A model generated the notes under the pieces. That model searched no databases. It saw only the letters and a program-made list of their open reading frames with translations, and was not told the DNA's origin. DNA of 45,157 nt from Actinomycetota bacterium (GTDB taxonomy: Bacteria > Actinomycetota > Actinomycetes > JBMOMH01), in assembly GCA_049323135.1 (NCBI GenBank), contig JBMOMH010000309.1, forward strand, positions 1 through 45,157, given 5' to 3'. Position numbers and translations under genes: made by a program. This document shows, in pieces, positions 34,850 through 43,168 of the stretch (positions are counted from its first letter, which is position 1; each line of letters begins with the position of its first letter).

Positions 34850-36421
34850 GTGTCCCCGGACCAGCCCGACACCGTCCTCGTCGTCGACTACGGCGCGCAG
34901 TACGCGCAGCTGATCGCGCGGCGGGTGCGCGAGGCCAAGGTGTACAGCGAGATCGTGCCGCACACCACCCCGGTCGCCGAGCTGCTCGCCCGGCGGCCCC
35001 GGGCGCTGGTCCTGTCCGGCGGGCCGCAGAGCGTGTACGCCGAGGGCGCCCCCCAGGTGGACCCCGCACTGTTCACCGCCGGCGTGCCCGTCTTCGGCAT
35101 CTGCTACGGCTTCCAGGCCATGGCCCAGGCCCTCGGCGGCACGGTCGCCCGGACCGGCCGGGCCGAGTTCGGCGGCACCCCCCTGGAGGTCACCGGCCCG
35201 TCCCTGCTCTTCGCCGGGCTGCCGGACCACCAGCCGGTGTGGATGAGCCACGGCGACGCGGTGACCGCGGCGCCGGACGGCTTCCGGGTGGTCGCCCGCA
35301 CCACCGGTGCGCCGGTGGCCGCGTTCGAGGCGCCGCAGCGGCGGCTGGCCGGCGTCCAGTTCCACCCCGAGGTGCGGCACACCGAGCACGGCCAGCGGGT
35401 GCTGGAGCGCTTCCTGTTCGACGTCGCCGGCTGCCGGCCGACCTGGACGACGCTCGGCGTCGTCGACGAGACGGTGGCCGCGGTGCGGGCCCAGGTCGGC
35501 GGCAAACGCGTGCTCTGCGGGCTGTCTGGGGGGGTGGACTCCGCGGTGGCGGCGGCGCTGGTCCACCGGGCGGTGGGCGACCAGCTCACCTGCGTGTTCG
35601 TCGACCACGGCCTGCTGCGGGCGGGGGAGGCCGAGCAGGTCGAGCGGGACTTCGTCGCGGCGACCGACGTACGGCTGAAGGTGGTCGACGCCGCCGAGAC
35701 CTTCCTCGCGGCCCTGGCCGGCGTGACCGACCCGGAGGAGAAGCGCAAGGTCGTGGGCCGAGAGTTCATCCGCGCCTTCGAACGGGCCGCGCGGGAGGTC
35801 CTCGCCGAGGCGGGGGCGCACGGGGACAGCGTGGACTTCCTCGTGCAGGGCACGCTGTACCCGGACGTGGTGGAGTCCGGGGGGGGCGCGGGCACGGCGA
35901 GCATCAAGAGCCACCACAACGTGGGCGGGCTGCCCGACGACCTGCAGTTCGCGCTCATCGAGCCGCTGCGCCGGCTGTTCAAGGACGAGGTGCGCCGGGT
36001 CGGGGAGCAGCTCGGGTTGCCCCCGGACATCGTGTGGCGCCAGCCGTTCCCCGGGCCCGGGCTGGCCATCCGCATCGTCGGCGAGGTCACCGCGGCGCGC
36101 CTGGCGGTCCTGCGCGCGGCCGACGCCATCGTGCGCGAGGAGCTGTCCCGGGCCGGGCTGGACCGGCAGGTGTGGCAGTGTCCGGTGGTGCTGCTCGCCG
36201 ACGTGCGCAGCGTCGGCGTACAGGGGGACGGGCGCACGTACGGTCACCCGGTGGTGCTGCGGCCGGTGAGCAGCGAGGACGCCATGACCGCGGACTGGTC
36301 CCGGGTGCCGTACGACGTGCTCGCGAAGGTGTCGACCCGCATCACCAACGAGGTGCGCGAGGTCAACCGGGTGGTGCTGGATGTGACCAGCAAGCCCCCC
36401 GGCACCATCGAGTGGGAGTAG
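34850..36421 (+). CDS. guaA: glutamine-hydrolysing GMP synthase
   Basis: The start was set at GTG 34850 ([18 protein letters not shown]...). GATase block [11 protein letters not shown]-PPase P-loop GLSGGVDS and the C-terminal KPPGTIEWE. Confidence 0.95.
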   Translation: MSPDQPDTVLVVDYGAQYAQLIARRVREAKVYSEIVPHTTPVAELLARRPRALVLSGGPQSVYAEGAPQVDPALFTAGVPVFGICYGFQAMAQALGGTVARTGRAEFGGTPLEVTGPSLLFAGLPDHQPVWMSHGDAVTAAPDGFRVVARTTGAPVAAFEAPQRRLAGVQFHPEVRHTEHGQRVLERFLFDVAGCRPTWTTLGVVDETVAAVRAQVGGKRVLCGLSGGVDSAVAAALVHRAVGDQLTCVFVDHGLLRAGEAEQVERDFVAATDVRLKVVDAAETFLAALAGVTDPEEKRKVVGREFIRAFERAAREVLAEAGAHGDSVDFLVQGTLYPDVVESGGGAGTASIKSHHNVGGLPDDLQFALIEPLRRLFKDEVRRVGEQLGLPPDIVWRQPFPGPGLAIRIVGEVTAARLAVLRAADAIVREELSRAGLDRQVWQCPVVLLADVRSVGVQGDGRTYGHPVVLRPVSSEDAMTADWSRVPYDVLAKVSTRITNEVREVNRVVLDVTSKPPGTIEWE

Positions 36422-36821
36422 CGGCTCGGAGGCCAGGATCTGCCCAGGGAGGGCGATGCGGGTGCGCAGTCGAACGCGGTGGCCGGACGGGAGGCTCCTG
36501 CGCGGTCCTGCCTGGTGGGTCGTGACGGCGGCCGCCCCGGTGCGCACTCCCCTGCCCCCTCGTACCCCCGGGATCGTGCTGATGCACCAGGGACCCTTCC
36601 CTGGAGGCGAGTTCGCGGTGCGGAACTTCTGGTCTGGTCCCGTCGCCGGCCGGTGGCTGCTGGTCTACGCCGGTGGGGGAGCTTCGTCTCCCGGCCACCC
36701 GGGACCTTCGGCCGCCAGACCGGGTCCGTGGACCCTGCCCGCGCCGTTCCCCGCCGACGACCCTGGGAGTGTCAGTTCGACACCGCGGGCCACCAGCCCG
36801 CACGACACGAGGGGGCGCGCG

Positions 36822-37370
36822 ATGAGCACGCTGAGCCACAGCCACGACCACCGGATGGCCGCGGCGGTGCCCCGGGTGGCGACCGAAGGCGCCGTGGCCC
36901 GCTACACCTGGGCGGTCACCCGGTTCGCCCTGGCCTTCGTCTTCCTGTGGGCTTTCGTCGACAAGCTCTTCGGCCTGGGCAAGGCCACCCCGGCCGCCCG
37001 GGCCTGGCTCAACGGCGGCTCGCCGACGACCGGGTACCTGAAGAACGTCAAGGGCCCGTTCGCCAGCGTCTTCAACGGCCTGGCCGGCCAGGCGTGGGCC
37101 GACTGGCTGTTCATGCTGGGCCTGCTCGGCATCGGCGCCGCCCTGCTGCTCGGCATCGGGATGCGGATCGCCGCGGCCAGCGGCGCCCTGCTCCTGCTGT
37201 TCATGTGGGCCGCGTCGCTGCCGCTGGCGAACAACCCGTTCGTCGACGACCACGTGGTGTACGCCGTGGTGCTGGTCGGCCTGGCCGCGGCGCAGGCCGG
37301 CGACACCCTGGGCCTGGGCCGGGCCTGGGCGGGCACCGGCCTGGTCAAGCGCTACCCGATCCTGCGGTAG
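36822..37370 (+). CDS. DoxX-like integral membrane protein
   Basis: Start ATG 36822 after GAGGGGG. Four predicted hydrophobic helices include FALAFVFLWAFVDKLFGLG and LFMLGLLGIGAALLLGIG. The upstream in-frame 122 codons have poorer GC3 and were excluded. Confidence 0.6.
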   Translation: MSTLSHSHDHRMAAAVPRVATEGAVARYTWAVTRFALAFVFLWAFVDKLFGLGKATPAARAWLNGGSPTTGYLKNVKGPFASVFNGLAGQAWADWLFMLGLLGIGAALLLGIGMRIAAASGALLLLFMWAASLPLANNPFVDDHVVYAVVLVGLAAAQAGDTLGLGRAWAGTGLVKRYPILR

Positions 37371-37389
37371 CGCCCCGCACCGGCACCGA

Positions 37390-37426
37390 CCCGGGGATCC
37401 CGGTCCGCAGGGCCGGGATCCCCGGG
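37390..37426 (+). terminator. perfect 14-bp inverted repeat CCCGGGGATCCCGG / CCGGGATCCCCGGG with 9-nt loop, downstream of the DoxX-like gene
   Basis: Read directly, 20 nt after the TAG stop. A GC-rich hairpin without a U-tract is common in actinobacteria. Confidence 0.55.
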
Positions 37427-37538
37427 CGTACGGCGTACGGCATGAGGCCTGCGGCGGATGGCGAGGCGGCCCATTGACGCCGCCCCGGTCCGGGCGGAGG
37501 CTGGGCGCAGAGGTTCCAGCCGTCGTGAGGAGCCGGCC

Positions 37539-38870
37539 ATGACCACCCTGTCCGAGCGCCCGTCCACCGCCAGCGACCACGTCGTCGTGCAGCGCTACAC
37601 CGACGTCGTCGGGCCCAGCAACGAGATGCTCGGGCCGGTCCGCGACGGGGGCCGCATCGAGTTCGTCACCGTCCCCGGCTGCTGGGGGCCGATGATCACC
37701 CCGGCGCTGCGCAGCGGCCACGAGGTCACCCTGCCGGTCCGGGTCGAGGGGGCCCGGGTGGGCGACGCGGTGGCCCTGCACGTGGAGCGCATCGAGCAGG
37801 TCTCCCGGGCCACCACCTCCGGCACACACACCGGCTGGGACGGCCGGTTCCTCTCCGACCCGTTCGTCGCCGGCATCTGCCCCACCTGCCGGGACGCCGG
37901 CCGGCACTTCCTGTACCCGGACACCTACCTGGACGGGTTCGGCGAGGACGCGGTGCGCTGCGTCGTCTGCCACTCACCGGTAAACCCGTTCCACATGATC
38001 CAGGGCTACACGATGGTCTTCGGCGACGGCCTGGGCGTCACCGTCACGCCGGAGCGGGCCGCCGAGATCGCCCGGGACGCCCGCGCATGGAACGGCCTGA
38101 ACGACGACGCCCGCCAGCACCCGATCTCCACCCTGGCCCGGGCCGACCTGGTCGGCGTCCTCGCCCGGTGCCGGCTCAGCGCCGGCAACCTCGGCTCGAT
38201 CCCCGCGGTGGACCTGCCCAGCTCGCACAACTGCGGCGACTTCGGGGCGTTCCTGGTCGGCGCCGAACACGAGTTCGCGGTCACCGAGGAGCAGCTGGAG
38301 GCGCGCACCGACGTGCACATGGACGTCGACTCGGTCCGCGAGGGCGCCGTCGTGGTCGTCCCGGTGAAGGTCGACGGCGCCGGCATCTACGCGGGCGACG
38401 TACACGCCATGATCGGTGACGGGGAGGTCGCGGTGCACACCACCGACATCGCCGCCCGCGTCGTGGTCCGGGTCGAGGTCGTCCACGGGCTCGCCCTGGA
38501 CGGGCCGGTGCTGCTTCCCCCGGTGGAGGACCTGCCGTTCCTGGCCCGTCCCTTCACCGCCGAGGAGGTCGCCCGGGGCCGCGCCCTGGCCGACGCGCAC
38601 GCCACCCGGCTGGAGGGGCCGGTGCTGCCGGTCCAGGTGCTCGGCTCCGGTCCCTTCCTCAACGCCGCCGTCGACAACGCGGTGGCCCGCACCGCGCGCC
38701 TGCTGGGGATGAGCCAGGACGAGGTGAAGAACCGCGCCACCGTCGCGGGGGCGGTGGAGATCGGCCGGCTGCCCGGCTTCGTCCAGCTCAACGTCCAGGC
38801 CCCCGTGGACCGGCTCGACCGGTGCGGCCTGCGTCCGCTGGTCGAGGCGGCGTACGGGCCCGGCGCCTGA
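37539..38870 (+). CDS. acetamidase/formamidase-family (FmdA_AmdA) hydrolase with inserted CxxC-x23-CxxC element
   Basis: Start ATG 37539 after GAGGAG. Family blocks include GARVGDAVALHVERIE and the metal/active-site block GDVHAMIGDGEV. The insert is ICPTCRD...RCVVCHS. Confidence 0.75.
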   Translation: MTTLSERPSTASDHVVVQRYTDVVGPSNEMLGPVRDGGRIEFVTVPGCWGPMITPALRSGHEVTLPVRVEGARVGDAVALHVERIEQVSRATTSGTHTGWDGRFLSDPFVAGICPTCRDAGRHFLYPDTYLDGFGEDAVRCVVCHSPVNPFHMIQGYTMVFGDGLGVTVTPERAAEIARDARAWNGLNDDARQHPISTLARADLVGVLARCRLSAGNLGSIPAVDLPSSHNCGDFGAFLVGAEHEFAVTEEQLEARTDVHMDVDSVREGAVVVVPVKVDGAGIYAGDVHAMIGDGEVAVHTTDIAARVVVRVEVVHGLALDGPVLLPPVEDLPFLARPFTAEEVARGRALADAHATRLEGPVLPVQVLGSGPFLNAAVDNAVARTARLLGMSQDEVKNRATVAGAVEIGRLPGFVQLNVQAPVDRLDRCGLRPLVEAAYGPGA

Positions 38871-38877
38871 AGGACCC

Positions 38878-39099
38878 GTGCGCGTCACGGTCACCGCCAA
38901 GGGGCACGTGGCCGACCGGCTGCCCGGACCGGTCGAGGTGGAACTGCCCGACGGCGCCGGGCCGGGCGAGGCGGCGCGGGCGGCCGGGCTACCGGCGCTG
39001 TCCTACGTGTACGTTGTCAACGGGACCGCGCTGGCGCGGGGCGCGCGGCTGCGCGACGGGGACCGGCTGTGGCTCTACCCGCCCAGCGCCGGAGGGTGA
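38878..39099 (+). CDS. ThiS/MoaD-family ubiquitin-like sulfur-carrier protein (C-terminal Gly-Gly)
   Basis: The 73-aa ORF starts 7 nt after the hydrolase stop. It ends VVNGTALARGARLRDGDRLWLYPPSAGG-stop, the classic beta-grasp tail ending in GG. Confidence 0.7.
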   Translation: MRVTVTAKGHVADRLPGPVEVELPDGAGPGEAARAAGLPALSYVYVVNGTALARGARLRDGDRLWLYPPSAGG

Positions 39100-39100
39100 C
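39064..39100 (+). repeat. left copy of 37-nt direct repeat (3' end of the ThiS/MoaD-like gene including its stop)
   Basis: CGGCTGTGGCTCTACCCGCCCAGCGCCGGAGGGTGAC is 34/37 identical to 42157-42193. Confidence 0.8.
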
Positions 39101-39615
39101 CGACGGGCTGGGGAGCGGGTCCAGGGGACGCTTGTGGTAGCGAACGGTGGTCCTGCCGGCGGCGTGCAGGACCACGAACACCAGCGAGCCGCGGCGTCGC
39201 AGCGACGCGTGCGCCTGCTCGAACGCGGCGGGGCTCACCGCCAGGCAGATCGCCGCGTCGGCGCCGCCGAGCGCCGTGATCGCCTCCCCGCAGGCCCAAC
39301 CGAGCCACGGGATCGCGACGCGGTCGCCCTCCCGGACCCGGTCACGCGATCCCCGGCGCGCACGACCCTGCCGATCCCCTCGTGGCCGGGGGCGAACGGT
39401 GGCGTCGGCTTTGCCGGCCAGTCGCCGGGTGCGGCGTGGATGTCGGTGTGGCACAGTCCCGACGCCTCGACCCTGACCAGAACCTGATCCGGACCCGGCT
39501 CCGGGACCGGGCGGTCCGCCAGGGGAACGTCCGCACCTGCCGGCCGAAGGTCCGACAGGCCCGCCCGGAGACGGGGAAGGGACAGAAGGCCTACCGGTGC
39601 CGGACCTTCGCCCAT
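39101..39615 (-). pseudogene. decayed Zn-dependent alcohol dehydrogenase (frameshifted, internally deleted, 3'-truncated)
   Basis: One minus frame gives [50 protein letters not shown] second frame continues [15 protein letters not shown] and jumps directly to the C-terminal-type [32 protein letters not shown]. It ends abruptly at the repeat. Confidence 0.6.
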
Positions 39616-39691
39616 ACCGGGCAGGGGTATTCGGGCCGAGCCTCGTGTCAGGGACTGACCGGCTCCACCACGCTCCGGGCAGGAGGGCATC

Positions 39692-39889
39692 ATGGCCATC
39701 GGGTGGCGACGTCGACCTCCGCCGGTCGGGCCTGCGGGCGTGCGGTCCGATGGGGCCGACAGCGCGGCGGAGCGCCGGGAGCGTGATCTCACCCGCCAGC
39801 TACTCGCCGGCGACGTCGACCGGGCGACCTACCGGCGGCGGATCAGCGAACTGGCCCGCGACCACGCCCGCCGCGGACACCCGCGATGA
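39692..39889 (+). CDS. small hypothetical protein (65 aa), translationally coupled to the ABC ATPase
   Basis: The stop overlaps the ATPase ATG (ATGA). GC3 is moderately high. I recognised no family. Confidence 0.35.
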   Translation: MAIGWRRRPPPVGPAGVRSDGADSAAERRERDLTRQLLAGDVDRATYRRRISELARDHARRGHPR

Positions 39890-40578
39890 GTGCCCACGCC
39901 ATCGCGGACGCGTCCGCGGTGGCGGGAACCGCCGATCGTGACGGGACGGCGGTGCTGCGCGCCGTCGGGATCGACAAGTCCTACCGGACCGGGGTGTGGC
40001 CGGTGCGCCGGACGCACGCGGTGCTGCGCGGGGCGGAACTCTACCTGGGCCCGGGCGAGGTGGTCGGTCTGGTCGGCGAGAACGGGGCGGGCAAGTCGAC
40101 CTTCCTGAAGATCCTCGTCGGTGCGCTCGCCGCCGACGCCGGGACGGTGAACATCCGCGGGCGGCTCGGCTACTGCCCGCAGGAGCCGGTGGTGTACGAG
40201 CGGCTGACCTGCGACGAGCATTTCGAGCTGTTCGGCCGCGCCTACCGGATGACGTCGCACGACGAGCGTGCGTCCCGGCGGCGACTCTACGCGGACCTGG
40301 GGTTCGAGCGGTACGCGCGCAGCCGCGCCGACCGGCTCTCCGGCGGCACACTGGCCAAGCTCAACCTCGGCTTGGCGCTGCTCGCCGACCCTGAGGTCCT
40401 CCTGCTCGATGAGCCGTACGCCGGGTTCGACTTCGACACCTATCTGAAGTTCTGGCAACTCGTGGCGCGACGCCGCGGGGCCGGACGGTCGGTGCTGATC
40501 GTCAGCCACTTCGTCACCGACGAAGAGCGTTTCGACCGGATCGTGGAACTCCGCGACGGCCGGGCCGTCTCCCGATGA
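39886..40578 (+). CDS. ABC transporter ATP-binding protein (ABC-2 exporter type)
   Basis: Walker A GENGAGKST, signature LSGGTLAKLNL, Walker B LLLDEPYAGFD and H-loop VSH. Confidence 0.85.
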   Translation: MSAHAIADASAVAGTADRDGTAVLRAVGIDKSYRTGVWPVRRTHAVLRGAELYLGPGEVVGLVGENGAGKSTFLKILVGALAADAGTVNIRGRLGYCPQEPVVYERLTCDEHFELFGRAYRMTSHDERASRRRLYADLGFERYARSRADRLSGGTLAKLNLGLALLADPEVLLLDEPYAGFDFDTYLKFWQLVARRRGAGRSVLIVSHFVTDEERFDRIVELRDGRAVSR

Positions 40579-42092
40579 ACACTACGCTGCTCACCCGGCG
40601 GTTCCTCGTCGCGTACGCGCGGAACCCGATCAACCTGGTCCTGCTGGTTGTGGTGCCCGTCGTGCTGGTGATCGTGTCCGCCGGGGCGTTGCGGGATTTC
40701 GCCCGGCTGCTCGGCGGAGCGGGCGCGCCGGCGGTGCAGGCCGCTACCGCGGGGTGGGCGGCGGGTTTCCTCGCCGCGCTCGCGATGTACTTCCAGGCCC
40801 GCGCGTCCCGCGACACCGACCGCCGGCTGGTGCTCGCCGGCCTGCCCGCGACCAGGCTGGTGGCCGCCCGGCTGGCGACCGGTCTGGGCCTGGCTGCGCT
40901 CGTCTCCGCCGGGGCACTGACCGCACTTGCTGTGCGCACGGGCATCCACGAACCGGCGAGGGTGGTCACCGGGACGCTGCTGACCGCGGTCATCTACCTG
41001 GCCATCGGCGCGGTGATCGGCGCGCTGGTCCGCGACCCGGTCAACGGCGCCGTGCTGATCCTGTTCGTCTGGTTCCTCGACGTGTTCTTCGGCCCGGGCT
41101 TCGGCTCACCGGGCCGGCTGGTCACCCGAGTCCTACCCACCCACTACCTCACGCTGTGGACCATCGACCTGCCGTCCGGTCACGCGGGGCGGCCCGGCGA
41201 CCTCGGCTGGGCGCTGGTGTGGGCCGGCGCTGCGCTGGTCACCGCCGCAGCCGTGGTCACGGTGGCCACCCGCGCGGGGCGGCACACCTACCGGACCACC
41301 CATCGGACGACTGCTGGCAGCACTGCCGGCAGCCAGCTGCTCGCGGGGCTACGGGCAGGTGCGCGCGACTACCGCCGCAACCCGCTGCTGTGGGTGCTGC
41401 TCCTCGTCGTGCCCGTGGTGTTCGTCCTGGCGGCAAAGGCGATCACGCCGAACACGCCCGTCGTCGTGGACCTGCCCACACCTATGACGTTCTGGCTGCC
41501 CCGGGTCCACGTCGCCGTCATGGCCCCGATCGCCGTCGCCGCGCTGGCCGCCCTCGCCGGGTTGTTCGTCGTCCTCAACGCCCGCGCCGGTGACCGGCGT
41601 CTCACCCTCGCCGGGTTCCGCACCGGACCACTGCTGGCCGCCCGACTCACGGTCATCGCCGTCGCCGTGCTGCTGGTAACCGGTGCGACCCTGGCGGTCA
41701 CCGCGACGGTCTTCGATGCCACCCAGTGGCTGGTCTTCGCCACCGGCAACCTACTGCTCGCGGCCACCTACGGCCTGGTCGGCGTCTGCCTCGGCCCGCT
41801 GCTCGGCCGCGTCGGCGGCGTGTTCACCGCCTTCCTCGTCCCGTTCCTCGACGTCGGCATCGCCCAAGACCCCATGCTCCGTGCCGCTCCCGCGGCCTGG
41901 GCGCACTGGCTGCCCGGCTACGGTGCCGTCCGCGTCCTGCTCGACGGCGGGCTCACCGCCGACTTCGACGAGACCCGGTCGCTACTGCTCGCCCTCGGCT
42001 GGCTGCTCGGCCTCGGCGTCGCCGCCACGTTCCTCTTCCACCACTACGCCGGCGCACCGCGGCGGGCGAGACAGCTGGGCGGCGCTGGGTGA
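40575..42092 (+). CDS. ABC-2-type transporter permease (about 12 hydrophobic segments)
   Basis: The ATG overlaps the ATPase stop (ATGA). The 505-aa protein is strongly hydrophobic. I recognised no specific family motif. Confidence 0.7.
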   Translation: MNTTLLTRRFLVAYARNPINLVLLVVVPVVLVIVSAGALRDFARLLGGAGAPAVQAATAGWAAGFLAALAMYFQARASRDTDRRLVLAGLPATRLVAARLATGLGLAALVSAGALTALAVRTGIHEPARVVTGTLLTAVIYLAIGAVIGALVRDPVNGAVLILFVWFLDVFFGPGFGSPGRLVTRVLPTHYLTLWTIDLPSGHAGRPGDLGWALVWAGAALVTAAAVVTVATRAGRHTYRTTHRTTAGSTAGSQLLAGLRAGARDYRRNPLLWVLLLVVPVVFVLAAKAITPNTPVVVDLPTPMTFWLPRVHVAVMAPIAVAALAALAGLFVVLNARAGDRRLTLAGFRTGPLLAARLTVIAVAVLLVTGATLAVTATVFDATQWLVFATGNLLLAATYGLVGVCLGPLLGRVGGVFTAFLVPFLDVGIAQDPMLRAAPAAWAHWLPGYGAVRVLLDGGLTADFDETRSLLLALGWLLGLGVAATFLFHHYAGAPRRARQLGGAG

Positions 42093-42156
42093 CCGTGGCG
42101 CCGGGCGGGTGGTGGTCGGAGTGGACGACCGCCGGGAGGCCGCGTCACGCCGCCGG

Positions 42157-42193
42157 CGGCTGAGGCTCTACCCGCCCAGCGCCGGCGGCTGAC
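42157..42193 (+). repeat. right copy of 37-nt direct repeat (orphan ThiS/MoaD-like 3' end, ...LYPPSAGG-stop)
   Basis: CGGCTGAGGCTCTACCCGCCCAGCGCCGGCGGCTGAC. Two of the three differences from the left copy are third positions of the two Gly codons. Confidence 0.8.
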
Positions 42194-42220
42194 GGGGCAG
42201 GACGGCGTAGCGTCGTCGGC

Positions 42221-43168
42221 ATGGGTCAGCCGCAGTTCGCCAGCGAGACCAGTCCGCGGGGCGAGTGGGTCCGGCAGGGCAACCGGTTCACCGGGCGGGT
42301 CACCGCCGACGGCGCCAGCGGCTGGCCGGTCGAGCCGGGCCGCTACCAGCTGGTGGTCTCCCACGCCTGCCCCTGGGCGTCGCGGGCGGTCATCGTCCGC
42401 CGGCTGCTCGGCTTGGACGGCGTCCTGGGTCTGTCCGTCGTCGACCCCATCCGCGACGAGCGGGGGTGGCGCTTCACCCTCGACCCGCACGGCCGTGACC
42501 CCGCCACCGGCTACGCCCTTCTCGCCGAGGCCTACCGCGCCACCGACCCGGCGTACCGGGGCCGGGTGACGGTGCCGTGCCTCATCGACCGGCGCACCGG
42601 CCTCGTCGTCAGCAACGACTACCACCAGCTGACCCTCGACCTGTCCACCGAATGGCGGGCCTTCCACCGGCCCGGCGCGCCGGACCTCTACCCGGTCCCG
42701 CTGCGCGCCCAGATCGACGAGGTCAACGCCGTCGTCTACGAGGACGTCAACAACGGGGTCTACCGCTGTGGCTTCGCCACCACCCAGGAGGCGTACGACG
42801 CGGCGTACGACCGGCTCTTCGCCCGGCTGGACTGGCTCGCCGAGCGGCTCTCAGCCCACGCCTACCTGGTCGGGGACCAGCTCACCGAGGCCGACATCCG
42901 CCTGTTCACCACGCTGGTCCGCTTCGACGCCGTCTACCACGGACACTTCAAGTGCAACCGCAACAAGCTCACCGAGATGCCCGCCCTGTGGGCCTACGCC
43001 CGGCGGCTGTTCCAGACTCCGGGCATCGGTGAGACGGTCAGCTTCGACCACATCAAACGGCACTACTACCTGACCCACGACCGCATCAACCCGACCCGGA
43101 TCGTGCCGCGCGGTCCGGACCTGTTGGGGTGGCACGCTGCAGTGCCTCCCACACCGCCCGGCGCGTGA
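42221..43168 (+). CDS. yqjG: Xi-class glutathione S-transferase / glutathionyl-hydroquinone reductase (YqjG/ECM4-like)
   Basis: GRYQLVVSHACPWASRAVI (the Cys-Pro-Trp-Ala active site), GRVTVPCLID, NGVYRCGFA, RLFTTLVRFDAVYHGHFKCN and HIKRHYY. Confidence 0.85.
   Translation: MGQPQFASETSPRGEWVRQGNRFTGRVTADGASGWPVEPGRYQLVVSHACPWASRAVIVRRLLGLDGVLGLSVVDPIRDERGWRFTLDPHGRDPATGYALLAEAYRATDPAYRGRVTVPCLIDRRTGLVVSNDYHQLTLDLSTEWRAFHRPGAPDLYPVPLRAQIDEVNAVVYEDVNNGVYRCGFATTQEAYDAAYDRLFARLDWLAERLSAHAYLVGDQLTEADIRLFTTLVRFDAVYHGHFKCNRNKLTEMPALWAYARRLFQTPGIGETVSFDHIKRHYYLTHDRINPTRIVPRGPDLLGWHAAVPPTPPGA

Noticed and set aside
39101-42156. Calling the bracketed segment a mobile element
   Set aside because: No integrase, transposase, relaxase or terminal inverted repeats were recognised. 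Only the flanking direct repeat supports an insertion, so it is reported as a finding rather than annotated as a mobile_element.
41683-42192. 169-aa ORF ending in LYPPSAGG as a second ThiS/MoaD gene
   Set aside because: Most of it overlaps the ABC-2 permease out of frame and is low-complexity. Only the last 12 or so codons resemble the ThiS/MoaD-like gene. The longest non-overlapping in-frame start would give under 30 aa. I treat it as an orphan 3' fragment.
43086-43168. 83-nt convergent overlap of the YqjG-like and Mo-hydroxylase 3' ends as a functional feature
   Set aside because: Both proteins' conserved regions end before the overlap. The tails are probably fortuitous read-through to the first available stop in GC-rich DNA.
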